Origin: Akkermansiaceae bacterium
GTDB lineage: Bacteria; Verrucomicrobiota; Verrucomicrobiia; Verrucomicrobiales; Akkermansiaceae
Length of the DNA: 64,000 nt
Assembly (NCBI GenBank): GCA_026461385.1
Contig: JAPJNB010000043.1
Coordinates: 4,718-68,717, forward strand
Reading direction: 5' to 3'
In this document: positions 28,755 to 37,800 of the stretch, piece by piece
How the letters are laid out: each line of letters opens with the position of its first letter
How positions within the stretch are numbered: the first letter of the stretch is position 1
Notes under the pieces: generated by a model
What the model saw: the letters and a program-made list of their open reading frames with translations, nothing else
Told to the model about the DNA's origin: nothing
Databases searched by the model: none
Translations under genes and position numbers: made by a program

Positions 28755-29633
28755 ATGAATACTGGAACTACTATGATTGAGTCATCGACTGCAGTGCTCC
28801 GGTTTTGGGGGGTTCGGGGATCAATTCCGACGCCGGGCCCGTCTACGCTGCGCTATGGCGGAAACACGACTTGCGTCGAATTGCGCATTGGAAGCGAAAT
28901 TGTCGTCATTGATGCGGGGTCGGGTATCCGCGCGCTGGGTGGCTCGCTCGTCCGGGAATTCGGAGCAAAGCCGATCTCGTTGAGTGTATTGATCACACAT
29001 ACGCATTGGGATCATATCCAAGGCTTCCCTTTCTTCATCCCTGCGTTCGGCAAGAACAATCGGATCCGAGTCATTGGCCCGCAATCTGAGCCCGATGGCT
29101 TAAAGGGAGTATTTGAAAAACAGATGGATGGGAGCCGTTGCTTCCCCGTCACCTTGGGAATGATGTCGGCTCAAATCAGCTTCGACCATCTCGATAAAGA
29201 TCAAGGTATCCAGTTTGAGATTGGAGACGTCAAGGTTACGTCTTGCCCGACCAATCATCCAGGTGGCTGTCTAGCATATCGTTTTGAGACGCCTGCTGGC
29301 GGAATCGCCTTCCTCTCAGATCATGAGACAGGCGGCGATGACGAATTGCGGATTCTTGAATTCATCAAAGACGCTAAAATTCTTATTGCAGATGCTCAGT
29401 ATGATGCGTCTGAAATGGTGGCGCGCAAGGGCTGGGGACATGGTTGTACCGACGATGTGGTCTCATTGGCCATGAAGGCAGGTGCCGAACAGCTCTATCT
29501 CTTCCACCATGATCCCACGCATGATGATGCCTTTATCGATGGCATGTTGGAACATGCCAAAGGATTGGTTTGCCAATTTGGATCGCTTCTTCAAGTTCAG
29601 GCTGCGGCAGAGGGCTGTGAAATCAGCATTTAA
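28755..29633 (+). CDS. MBL-fold metallo-hydrolase (RNase Z/phosphodiesterase-like); putative cyclic nucleotide phosphodiesterase
   Basis: WGVRGSIPTPG, YGGNTTCVE, THTHWDHIQG (HxHxDH), NHPG, SDHE and LFHHDP. The PDE role is inferred from context only. Confidence 0.75.
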   Translation: MNTGTTMIESSTAVLRFWGVRGSIPTPGPSTLRYGGNTTCVELRIGSEIVVIDAGSGIRALGGSLVREFGAKPISLSVLITHTHWDHIQGFPFFIPAFGKNNRIRVIGPQSEPDGLKGVFEKQMDGSRCFPVTLGMMSAQISFDHLDKDQGIQFEIGDVKVTSCPTNHPGGCLAYRFETPAGGIAFLSDHETGGDDELRILEFIKDAKILIADAQYDASEMVARKGWGHGCTDDVVSLAMKAGAEQLYLFHHDPTHDDAFIDGMLEHAKGLVCQFGSLLQVQAAAEGCEISI

Positions 29634-29709
29634 TTCTTGAGACCACTTCATGCTTCAAACAAGTCAAAGTCAGTGGCAGGCTCGAACAATTTTCTAAGAT
29701 GACATACTC

Positions 29710-31884
29710 ATGAGGCAAAGCACGATCGATTTTATTTTCTTGTGGTCGAACTACAATAAATTTTTGCGGTCTCACGGACGTGAGTACGCCTTGATTTTGC
29801 TGGGGATTTTCAGCCAGTTAATTTTTTACATCGTCTACCCGCTGATCTTTAAGTACATTTTCGATCAAATTGTTCCAAATAAGGATTTTGATCAGCTTGT
29901 AGCATACGCCGTAGGAATTGTGATCCTGCTTGTAACTTGTGGCTTTGGTGCCTACATCCAGACGAAATACATGGCCCACGTTGGAGGGAAAATTCTCGCC
30001 GATTTGCGTTCACAAATGGTCTCCAAGTTTCACAAGCTGTCTTTTTCGTTTTACGCAGGGGTTGATTCGGTGGACCTGTTGTCACGTTTTTCAAACGATA
30101 TGGATAAAGTGGAAAACTCGCTGACGCGCGCCTTGCCATCATTGCTAGAAAGTATCCTGATTACCACGGGATGTTTGGTTGCCATTTTTTTCATTGACTG
30201 GCGTCTTGCGGTCTCAGCTGGCATTCTTATTCCTATTGGGTTTTCTGCGAATTCTATTTTAGGTCCTAGAGAAGATCGGCTAAACAGTGAGAGCCGACAG
30301 CAAAAAAATAGCATGTTAATGGTTGTGAGTGATTTTATCAATTCTTGGCTATTAATCCGAGCGTTCAATGATAAGGTCCATGTCAAAAAAAGGTTTGAAC
30401 TTTCAAATAACAGTTACACAAAGACCTCTTCCAATTACTCATACTGTAGCAATATCACGCCAGTTTTTTCGGAATATGGCGTTAACGCAAGTCTTGCGGT
30501 TATCGTGATTGTCGGGGCTGTTCTTACGATGAAGGGTGCTCTGACCGCCGGATCATTTATTGGTTGCTTTGCTCTTCTGCGTAAAGTTGCCGACGGTTCG
30601 GCAAAATCAGCAAAAAATTACACCACTTTCATTAACGCGCTCCGACCTTACAAGCGAATCCAGAAACTTTTGGCGGAGGAGGAAATTGCAGGAGATCGTC
30701 ACGATTCAGTTGAGCTATATCCATTGAAAAGCGATATTGTGTTTAAGAATGTAAGTTTTGGGTATGGCGCTGGTCAATTGGCCGTTGATCATATTAGTTT
30801 TTCAATTAAGAAAGGTAGCTCAGTTGCCATTGTTGGAACCAGTGGATCCGGGAAGAGTACCTTATTGAAACTTATCATGCGTATCGTAGAACCTAGCCAA
30901 GGCTCGATTCTTTATGATGGCATCAATTTGGACCTTGCGTCAGTTGCCTCAGTCCGTCGTCACAGCAGCATGGTGCTTCAGGAAAGTCATGTTTTACGAG
31001 GGACAATCGCTGAAAACATTCGTTACGGTGCGGACGGGATAGGCGATGAGAGACTTTATCATGCTGCTGAGAGGGCAGGAATTCACGATTTCATCACTCA
31101 ACTTCCACTCGGTTATGAAACTGTTATCAATGATCGAGGGAGTTCTCTCTCGGGCGGCCAACGGCAACGCATTGCGATCGCAAGGGCCTTCGCTCACGAG
31201 CCACCTTTGCTTTTCTTGGATGAGCCTACTTCAATGCTTGATCCCATCAATGAAGCGGCGATCAATGAGACTTTCTTGAAGCTCACCGGTGGGAGAACGG
31301 TCATCCTCGTAAGCCATCGCCTCGCCACTTCGAGGGATTTTGATAAGATCTTGGTTCTCCATAAAGGAAAACTCATTGAGGAGGGGAATCACCATGAACT
31401 CATGGCGATGGATGGGTTTTACCGCACGATGTGGGATAAGCAAAATGGATTTATGATCAGTGCTGAAGGCAACGCTAAAATCACGCCAGAGCGACTTCGA
31501 TTGATCCCTATTTTCTCGAATCTTGAGTTGCAGGTTCTCTCGGATCTAGCAGGCCAATTTGATACCGAGGCTTTCGAGGCGGGGGTGAGGATTATTCAAG
31601 AAGGCGCAAAAGGTGACAAATTTTACATCGCTGTCCGCGGTAACCTGAGAGTTCTCAAGAAGAATGCTGATGGGGGTGAGGTCGAACTTGCAGTTCTAAG
31701 CGATGGAGACCATTTCGGAGAAATTGCGCTGATGAAGTCTGTTGCGCGCACGGCGTCAATTGAGACGCTATCGCATACGAGCTGCCTTAGCCTAAGTCGC
31801 GAGCGATTCAATCGCTTGGTGGAGACTCAGCCTGAACTTTTCAAGGCACTTACGGAGGCCATGGCCGCCCGCTTCACGGCATGA
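29710..31884 (+). CDS. ABC exporter (TMD-NBD) with a C-terminal cyclic-nucleotide-binding domain
   Basis: N-terminal TM helices; Walker A GTSGSGKST, signature LSGGQRQR, Walker B LFLDEPTS, H-loop SHRL; C-terminal cNMP domain IIQEGAKGDKFY...FGEIALMKSVARTASI. Confidence 0.9.
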   Translation: MRQSTIDFIFLWSNYNKFLRSHGREYALILLGIFSQLIFYIVYPLIFKYIFDQIVPNKDFDQLVAYAVGIVILLVTCGFGAYIQTKYMAHVGGKILADLRSQMVSKFHKLSFSFYAGVDSVDLLSRFSNDMDKVENSLTRALPSLLESILITTGCLVAIFFIDWRLAVSAGILIPIGFSANSILGPREDRLNSESRQQKNSMLMVVSDFINSWLLIRAFNDKVHVKKRFELSNNSYTKTSSNYSYCSNITPVFSEYGVNASLAVIVIVGAVLTMKGALTAGSFIGCFALLRKVADGSAKSAKNYTTFINALRPYKRIQKLLAEEEIAGDRHDSVELYPLKSDIVFKNVSFGYGAGQLAVDHISFSIKKGSSVAIVGTSGSGKSTLLKLIMRIVEPSQGSILYDGINLDLASVASVRRHSSMVLQESHVLRGTIAENIRYGADGIGDERLYHAAERAGIHDFITQLPLGYETVINDRGSSLSGGQRQRIAIARAFAHEPPLLFLDEPTSMLDPINEAAINETFLKLTGGRTVILVSHRLATSRDFDKILVLHKGKLIEEGNHHELMAMDGFYRTMWDKQNGFMISAEGNAKITPERLRLIPIFSNLELQVLSDLAGQFDTEAFEAGVRIIQEGAKGDKFYIAVRGNLRVLKKNADGGEVELAVLSDGDHFGEIALMKSVARTASIETLSHTSCLSLSRERFNRLVETQPELFKALTEAMAARFTA

Positions 31885-32266
31885 GGTCCGGCAGTGATTC
31901 GGTGGGGGTGCCTCGGAGCTGGCTCATTTGACGGACTCGGTTCACGAGTACGGTCATCACATGCTTCGCGAAGAAAGGATTGTTCTGAATGATGAAATTG
32001 AAGCGCCTTTCATCGACCTTCGCGAGGCGGCAGGGCTCAGCTGCGATTACCGTTGCTGCCCGAGGTGAGTTATCGATGAGTGCCATTTCTCCTAGCAAGG
32101 AACCGCTGGTGGAACGTTCAACCACTTCTTGGTTGACGATAATATCTGCGGAGCCTTCGAGCAGTACATACATGCAATCCCCGGGTTCACCTTGAGTGAA
32201 AAGAACCTCGCCTGGAGCTAGGTTTGTCGTGTCGGTATCGTGTTTAAAGAGATTGGCAGGGTTCAT
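31874..32266 (-). CDS. Stand-alone cyclic-nucleotide-binding domain protein (no HTH)
   Basis: Likely start ATG 32266 (MNPANLF). LFTQGEPGDCMYVLLEG and LGEMALIDNSPRAATV phosphate-binding cassette; ends soon after the C-helix. Convergent with the ABC gene and overlaps it by 11 bp. Confidence 0.85.
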   Translation of the reverse strand: MNPANLFKHDTDTTNLAPGEVLFTQGEPGDCMYVLLEGSADIIVNQEVVERSTSGSLLGEMALIDNSPRAATVIAAEPCRLAKVDERRFNFIIQNNPFFAKHVMTVLVNRVRQMSQLRGTPTESLPDLMP

Positions 32267-32409
32267 GGATTTATGGTTAGGGGCAGGCGGATACTCGGCA
32301 AGGTTTTTTTCGGATGAGGCAATGGTTCCGATCGGTGCGGTGACCGGGCGGCATTGCGGGAATCCCATCAAGAATCATTGGTGATGCAAATTGCCGAGAA
32401 GGGCATACC

Positions 32410-33453
32410 TCACCTGCCGCGAGCGGGTCCGGTGCTTTCGCGCAGGATCAATTGGCTTGCGAGCACCTTCTCGCGCGGACCTTCTTTGGTTTTCCCCTCG
32501 ATCCGATCAAAGAGCATCTCCACGGCGTATTGGCTGATCTCATCAATCGGTTGGGCGATCGACGTGAGGCTGGGATTCAGTAACGGGCAAAGTGAGATGT
32601 CATCCACGCCGATGACCGAAAGGTCGCGTGGCACTTGCAAGCCGACATCGTGCGCTCCGCGCAAGGCCCCGATGCCGCAGAGGTCGTTCAATCCGATCAC
32701 CGCGGTCGGCGGGTTGCCTTTCCGGCTGTCAATCAGGCGGTGGAATGCTTCTTTTGCGCCGGCCATCGTGTGATCCGAAGGCTCCACGTATAAATCCTTT
32801 TCGTCGAATCCAAGATTGCGGGCTATGTTGAGAAATATTTCTTGGCGGCCGTTATCCGCCTGATTTTCTGCGAGTGCTCGGATGAAACCTACGCGTGAGT
32901 GGCCTGTGCGGCGCAGATAGGAAAGTGCCTGACCGAGGCCGCCCTCGAAGTCCACGGTGATTAGGTCAACGGGTAGCGGCCTAGCTCCCCGCTGGCCGGC
33001 CACCACCATGGGGATGCCGTATTTGATGTGGCTTTTCAGGAAGTCCGCATGAACCGGCGGATCGATCAAGCAGGCAATGATGCCGTCCACTTGGCGGTCC
33101 ATGATGCTTTCCAGGCATTTCATTTCGCGAAGCAAATCGACTCGGCTGTGTTCGATGATAAGGTCGTAGCCGCGGGCTTCTGCCGCAAGCTCGAGCTGAT
33201 CTGCTAGACTCATGAAGAATGGATTGTTCAGGTCAGGCACGATCAGTCCAATCGTGTCGAACCTACGCTTCTTGACTGCCAATGCGATCCGGTTAGGCCG
33301 ATATCCAAGGCGTTTCGCTTCTTCCAGCACTCGAGCGCGGGTTGCTTCTGATGCCCAGCAATTCGGGCGATCATTGAGCACCATGGAAGCCGTATTGGTG
33401 GCGACTCCCGCCGCCTTCGCGACATCCACGAGCCTAGGTCGTTTTACGTCCAT
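32410..33453 (-). CDS. LacI-family transcriptional regulator
   Basis: Likely start ATG 33453 (MDVKRPRLVDVAKAAGVATNTASMVLN). LGYRPN, IGLIVPDLNNPFF, VPRDLSVIGVDD and LTSIAQP. The ORF track extends it to 33558. Confidence 0.92.
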   Translation of the reverse strand: MDVKRPRLVDVAKAAGVATNTASMVLNDRPNCWASEATRARVLEEAKRLGYRPNRIALAVKKRRFDTIGLIVPDLNNPFFMSLADQLELAAEARGYDLIIEHSRVDLLREMKCLESIMDRQVDGIIACLIDPPVHADFLKSHIKYGIPMVVAGQRGARPLPVDLITVDFEGGLGQALSYLRRTGHSRVGFIRALAENQADNGRQEIFLNIARNLGFDEKDLYVEPSDHTMAGAKEAFHRLIDSRKGNPPTAVIGLNDLCGIGALRGAHDVGLQVPRDLSVIGVDDISLCPLLNPSLTSIAQPIDEISQYAVEMLFDRIEGKTKEGPREKVLASQLILRESTGPARGR

Positions 33454-33627
33454 TGGTCCGTTTTCCGCTACCGAGCGTTTCATGCCCGGCGCTGATTTTT
33501 TTCCGGAGTTGTCCATGCGTGAAAGAGATAAGCTGCTGTTTGTTTCAATTTTCAACACAATTTCTCGCTAGGAGAAATATCCCATCAGGAGGGAGGCAAA
33601 GACCGAAGGGGTAATTTTCTGCCTCAT

Positions 33628-33641
33628 ACGAAACATTTCAT
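33628..33641 (-). promoter_or_regulatory. Candidate LacI operator upstream of lacI (autoregulation)
   Basis: Minus strand ATGAAATGTTTCGT, a 12/14 match to the ATGAAATGATTCAT site found three times downstream. Confidence 0.5.
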
Positions 33642-33938
33642 AGAAAATGGCAAGATTGGGCCGCCGAAACAGCAAGCCGCCCTTCAGTGGCGTGGAATAT
33701 TGCTCACGCCAAGTTTGGCCGTTTTGTCGTCGTAAATTTCAAAAACTTCCACGGTCAGGTGCATCATGGGATAAAACTCCCGCCTTGGGCGAGTGCCACG
33801 ATTCCATGGGCAGGCAGGAACCATTCGACCGTATTTTTGACTCGTTCGGCGGCTTTTCTTCCCAAATCGCCCCGCGTGAAGGCTTTCCGTAGCGGCGACG
33901 GTCCGAAACCGGATTTTTTGGCCGTTGGAATTTTTGCC

Positions 33939-33964
33939 TTGATTCAAACATGAAATGATTCATG
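33939..33964 (+). promoter_or_regulatory. Promoter/operator copy 1
   Basis: TTGATT-N5-ATGAAATGATTCATG upstream of the PEP-CTERM gene; the same layout recurs at 44196 and 48352. Confidence 0.7.
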
Positions 33965-34031
33965 TTGGATTCCTAGCTTCGCCAGTCAGCGAGCAATCCA
34001 AAGCAAAAACAACCTGAAAAACCCTTAGAAT

Positions 34032-34772
34032 ATGATCCCGAATATGAATATTAAGATTCTGACTCTTGCTGTAACCACCGTTGCCGCATTTTCACTCGTG
34101 CTCCAATCCGCCCACGCTGCTGTTTACTGGAACGGCAGCGTCAGCAGTGATTGGGCAGAAACGTCCAATTGGTCGGGCGGCCTGCCATCCACATCAGGTG
34201 CGGGCGATGCCATCATCAACCCCGGCTCACCCAATGTAAAACCAGTGATCAGCACCCCAGTGGCTGCCACCGTTGGGCAGACATACGTGTCCATTGGTGC
34301 GGGCTTGCAGGTTACCACGGGCGGAAGCTTGACCACCGTTAGTTTGATCACGGGGATCTGGGGCCATAGCGACGTCGTCGACGTCTCGGGGGGGAGCCTG
34401 ACTATCTCAAATAACTTGCTGCTGGGCTACTCTGGTTATGACGGAAAGATGAACATCTCCGGCGGCACGGTGACCGCCAACAATTTATCCATCAACATGG
34501 GTGGCGGAGCCAAGATGAACCTCGGCGGTTCGGGTGCCTTCATTGCGCCGGTCAGTAACCTCGGAAATATCAACTACTGGATCGCCAATAATGCCATCAT
34601 CGCGGGCAACGGTGCATCTGGATGGTCGGTCAACGTTGACACCACGAGCAATGCAGGCAACGTCGTTCTAACCGCAGTGCCGGAACCTTCGGTTTCCCTG
34701 CTGGCGGTTGGCGGAGCTTTGGGATGCTGTTTCCTGAGGTCGCGCCGGAAGAGCGCTTCCTTCCAGGATTGA
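34032..34772 (+). CDS. PEP-CTERM surface protein with a ~190-aa beta-rich domain
   Basis: Signal peptide ending SAHA; C-terminal VPEPS, a hydrophobic helix and basic RSRRK. Confidence 0.9.
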   Translation: MIPNMNIKILTLAVTTVAAFSLVLQSAHAAVYWNGSVSSDWAETSNWSGGLPSTSGAGDAIINPGSPNVKPVISTPVAATVGQTYVSIGAGLQVTTGGSLTTVSLITGIWGHSDVVDVSGGSLTISNNLLLGYSGYDGKMNISGGTVTANNLSINMGGGAKMNLGGSGAFIAPVSNLGNINYWIANNAIIAGNGASGWSVNVDTTSNAGNVVLTAVPEPSVSLLAVGGALGCCFLRSRRKSASFQD

Positions 34773-34836
34773 AATCAGCGATTTTCGACCCGCATCGAGT
34801 CCGCCCCACATCCCGAACGCTCGCTTTAACAACAAG

Positions 34837-37800
34837 ATGAGAATCACCCTCTTTTTCTCCGGCATCCGCTCCGGTTCGCGGCCTGTTTCAGGAGCCTCAC
34901 GGCAGAATGAAACTCTCAGCAGCCCGTCAGTTTTCAGTCATGAACTGAACGCTGTCGGAGGAGCTGAGGCATTGGCGGCGAATCGCAGCTTGGCGAGAAA
35001 ACCGAGAGTGAAGGCTGTGAAGCATTTTACGGGGTATTTCATCCGAGCCTTCTCGATCTTTCTCATGCTCACGCCTTCCGGATGGGCCGCCACGTCGACC
35101 TTGAGCACCAGCGGAGCATGGGCGACTGCGTCCAATTGGACACCGAGCGGTGTGCCGGGATCCACCTCCGATGTCGTGGTCAATGGGGCCAAATACGCCA
35201 TCGTTTCCACCAGTGCCGGCAGCATCAAGTCGATGGCCTTGGGGAATCAGTCGGGCGAGGGAGCCATCAACATGCGTGCGGGTGGCAACCTGACGGTGTC
35301 GAATGGGAGCGGGGTTTCTGTGGTGGTCGGTGGACCGGGAGCAGCTGGCAGCCAAGTAAGCCCCTACCCGGCGTACTACAGCCACGAAGATGGGAATTTC
35401 AGCACCACGGGGGACATGGTCGTCGGCACGAGCACGCTTTCTGGCCAAGCGTTTTTCAGTAAAGGCAAACTGAGCGTGGGTGGCAGGTTGAAAATTGGTG
35501 TCCAGACGGCAGGCGGCTCCGAGTTTAAAATCAACGGTGCCGGATCAGGTGTCTCGACTCTTGCCGTGAACGGGCTTGAAGTGGGCAGCAAGGGGACGCT
35601 GAACTTTGACTATCTGGGCGGCGCAGGAGTACTCGCGATTTCCGTCGCGAATCAGGTCAGCCTCAGCACCGGTTCGACCTTGATCGTTAGCAACGCCGCC
35701 GCTCTCCAAGCTGGGACATATAACTTGGTCAATGGAGGATCCATCTCCGGAACCTTTGGTGCCACGAACGTTTCGGGTCTGCCCACCTACATGTCTGCGG
35801 AAATTCAGTATGACGCCGCCAACGGGGATGTGAATTTGGTGGTAACCAATTCGATCACGGAATTTGACAATTATGATGGCGATGGATTGTGGTCGACGTC
35901 GCAGAACTGGAATCCCTTCTATCCCGATGCGACGTCTTTTGGAAGATTGCTGGCATTCGTGCAGGTCACGTCTGCGGTAGAAATTGGTTATCTCGAAATA
36001 GGAACCACACAGGCGAACTACGGGTTAAATCTGTGGGACGAGGCTGGATCACTGACCCTCAGCCGTGCAGGTGTTTCCTTGGTTGTTGGTGCCGCGAATA
36101 ATGCGGGCGGGGGTGCCAACTACCCAGGAGGAATCGGCTACCCAAATTACTATTCTCATGCCGCCGGAAGCTTGACCACGGTGGGCGACATGATCCTCGG
36201 CGCGAATGGCGCTAAGGTTGAGGCGTCTTTTTCTAGTGGATCGGTCAGCGTGGGAGGGACCCTCCGTTTGGGTTCATATCAAAGCTCAGGCGCATCGGTT
36301 TTTGAGTTAAGGGGCGGAGGCGGCACGCTTGCGACGCACGACCTCGAAGTGGGCGACGCGGGGAAACTTGTCTTCGACTTCATTGGCGGCGCTTCGTTGA
36401 AAATCATGCATGTCACCGGACAGGCTTCGATGATCTCGGGGGCTAAGCTCGCCATCAAAAACACATCACAGAACCCAGCCGCCATCACTCCCACCACCTA
36501 CGACTTGATCCAGGCCGACTCGATTGTCGGGACTTTCTCGCAGGTGGACTTTTCGGGATTCCCCTCGTCGGTTGTTCCTCGGATCGCGTATTCGGGCAAA
36601 AAAATTCAGTTGGTGGTTGAATCGGCTTCGGGTGCGCCCGTGGTGGATGCCGGAACTTCTCGGTTAAGCGGCTACAGCCGTGTCGCGCCCCTCGGCGCAG
36701 CGGGTTACTCGTTTGGAAGTGGGGCGGACGGGGAAGATATCTATTATTCCGATTATTCCGCCGGAACCATCACTCGGGTTTCGGGTGGAGTTTCCACCAC
36801 GCTGAAATCCAACTTGGTGGGGATTTATTCCTTAGCGGTGAAGGGAAATAAAATGTACTTCGCGCGTGAATATGACAGCAATTACGGAACCGCCAAAATC
36901 TTCGTCATGACCAAGAGCGGGGCCACTTGGGGAGATCCTGTGCAAGTGGTGGGTGGCTTGACGAGGCCGAGGCAGCTTTTTATCGAGAGTTCGGGCAGCC
37001 TGTTGTTAGCCGTGGAGGCATTGGCTCAGGGTCAAGGAGGAGCCATTCTCAGGATCACTCCGGCGACCGGTGCATCGACCACGTTGGTGACTGGACTTTA
37101 TGCACCGCAAGCGGTGGTTTCGGATGCTTCAGGCAATCTTTATTTCAACGAATACGGCAGCACCACGGCAGACGGCACTCCGACCTTATCGGGCAAGCTC
37201 TGGAAAATGGCCGCAGGGACAACCACCAAGACCCAACTCCTTGAGGGTCGCCGCCTCCGCGGATTGGCGTTGGTGCCGGGGAGTCCGGACCAGTTGGTTC
37301 AGCTGGCCGAGGCCAACAACAACGACCAAGGAAATTCCTCAACGACCTCCATCCTGACGACTTCGGGCACCCTGCTCCGGACGATCGAGGGGGTGGATTA
37401 TCCTCAGTTCACTGGGGTCACCGCCTCCGGGAATGTGGTGACCACCTGCCCGCGTGATCTGGCGCTCCTCAGCATTCTTCCGAACAGCAGTTCCGGATCG
37501 GATTCGGCCATCGCGCTTCGGACTGGGGTGGATTCATTTGCCTGCGTTCGCGGTCTCTCGTATCGGACCAGTGGAGAGGGAAGATTCCCCGTGACCCTCA
37601 CAGGAATGAAGGATGGTTCTTTGACATTCTATGTTTCCCCTAACTCTAACAGAAAATTTGCCGGCTGGATCCGAATGACTAAATCCCAGTGGCCAGGGAT
37701 ATCCACCAGCGAGCTGGTTTCGAATCCTGGATATTACGCTCTGCCCCAACCGGGAGTCCAGTGTGCGATTGGAACCTTGAATCGGCTGCAGATTTTTCCA

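Noticed and set aside
31874-32371. cNMP protein as a CRP/FNR transcription factor
   Set aside because: It ends shortly after the C-helix and has no HTH domain.
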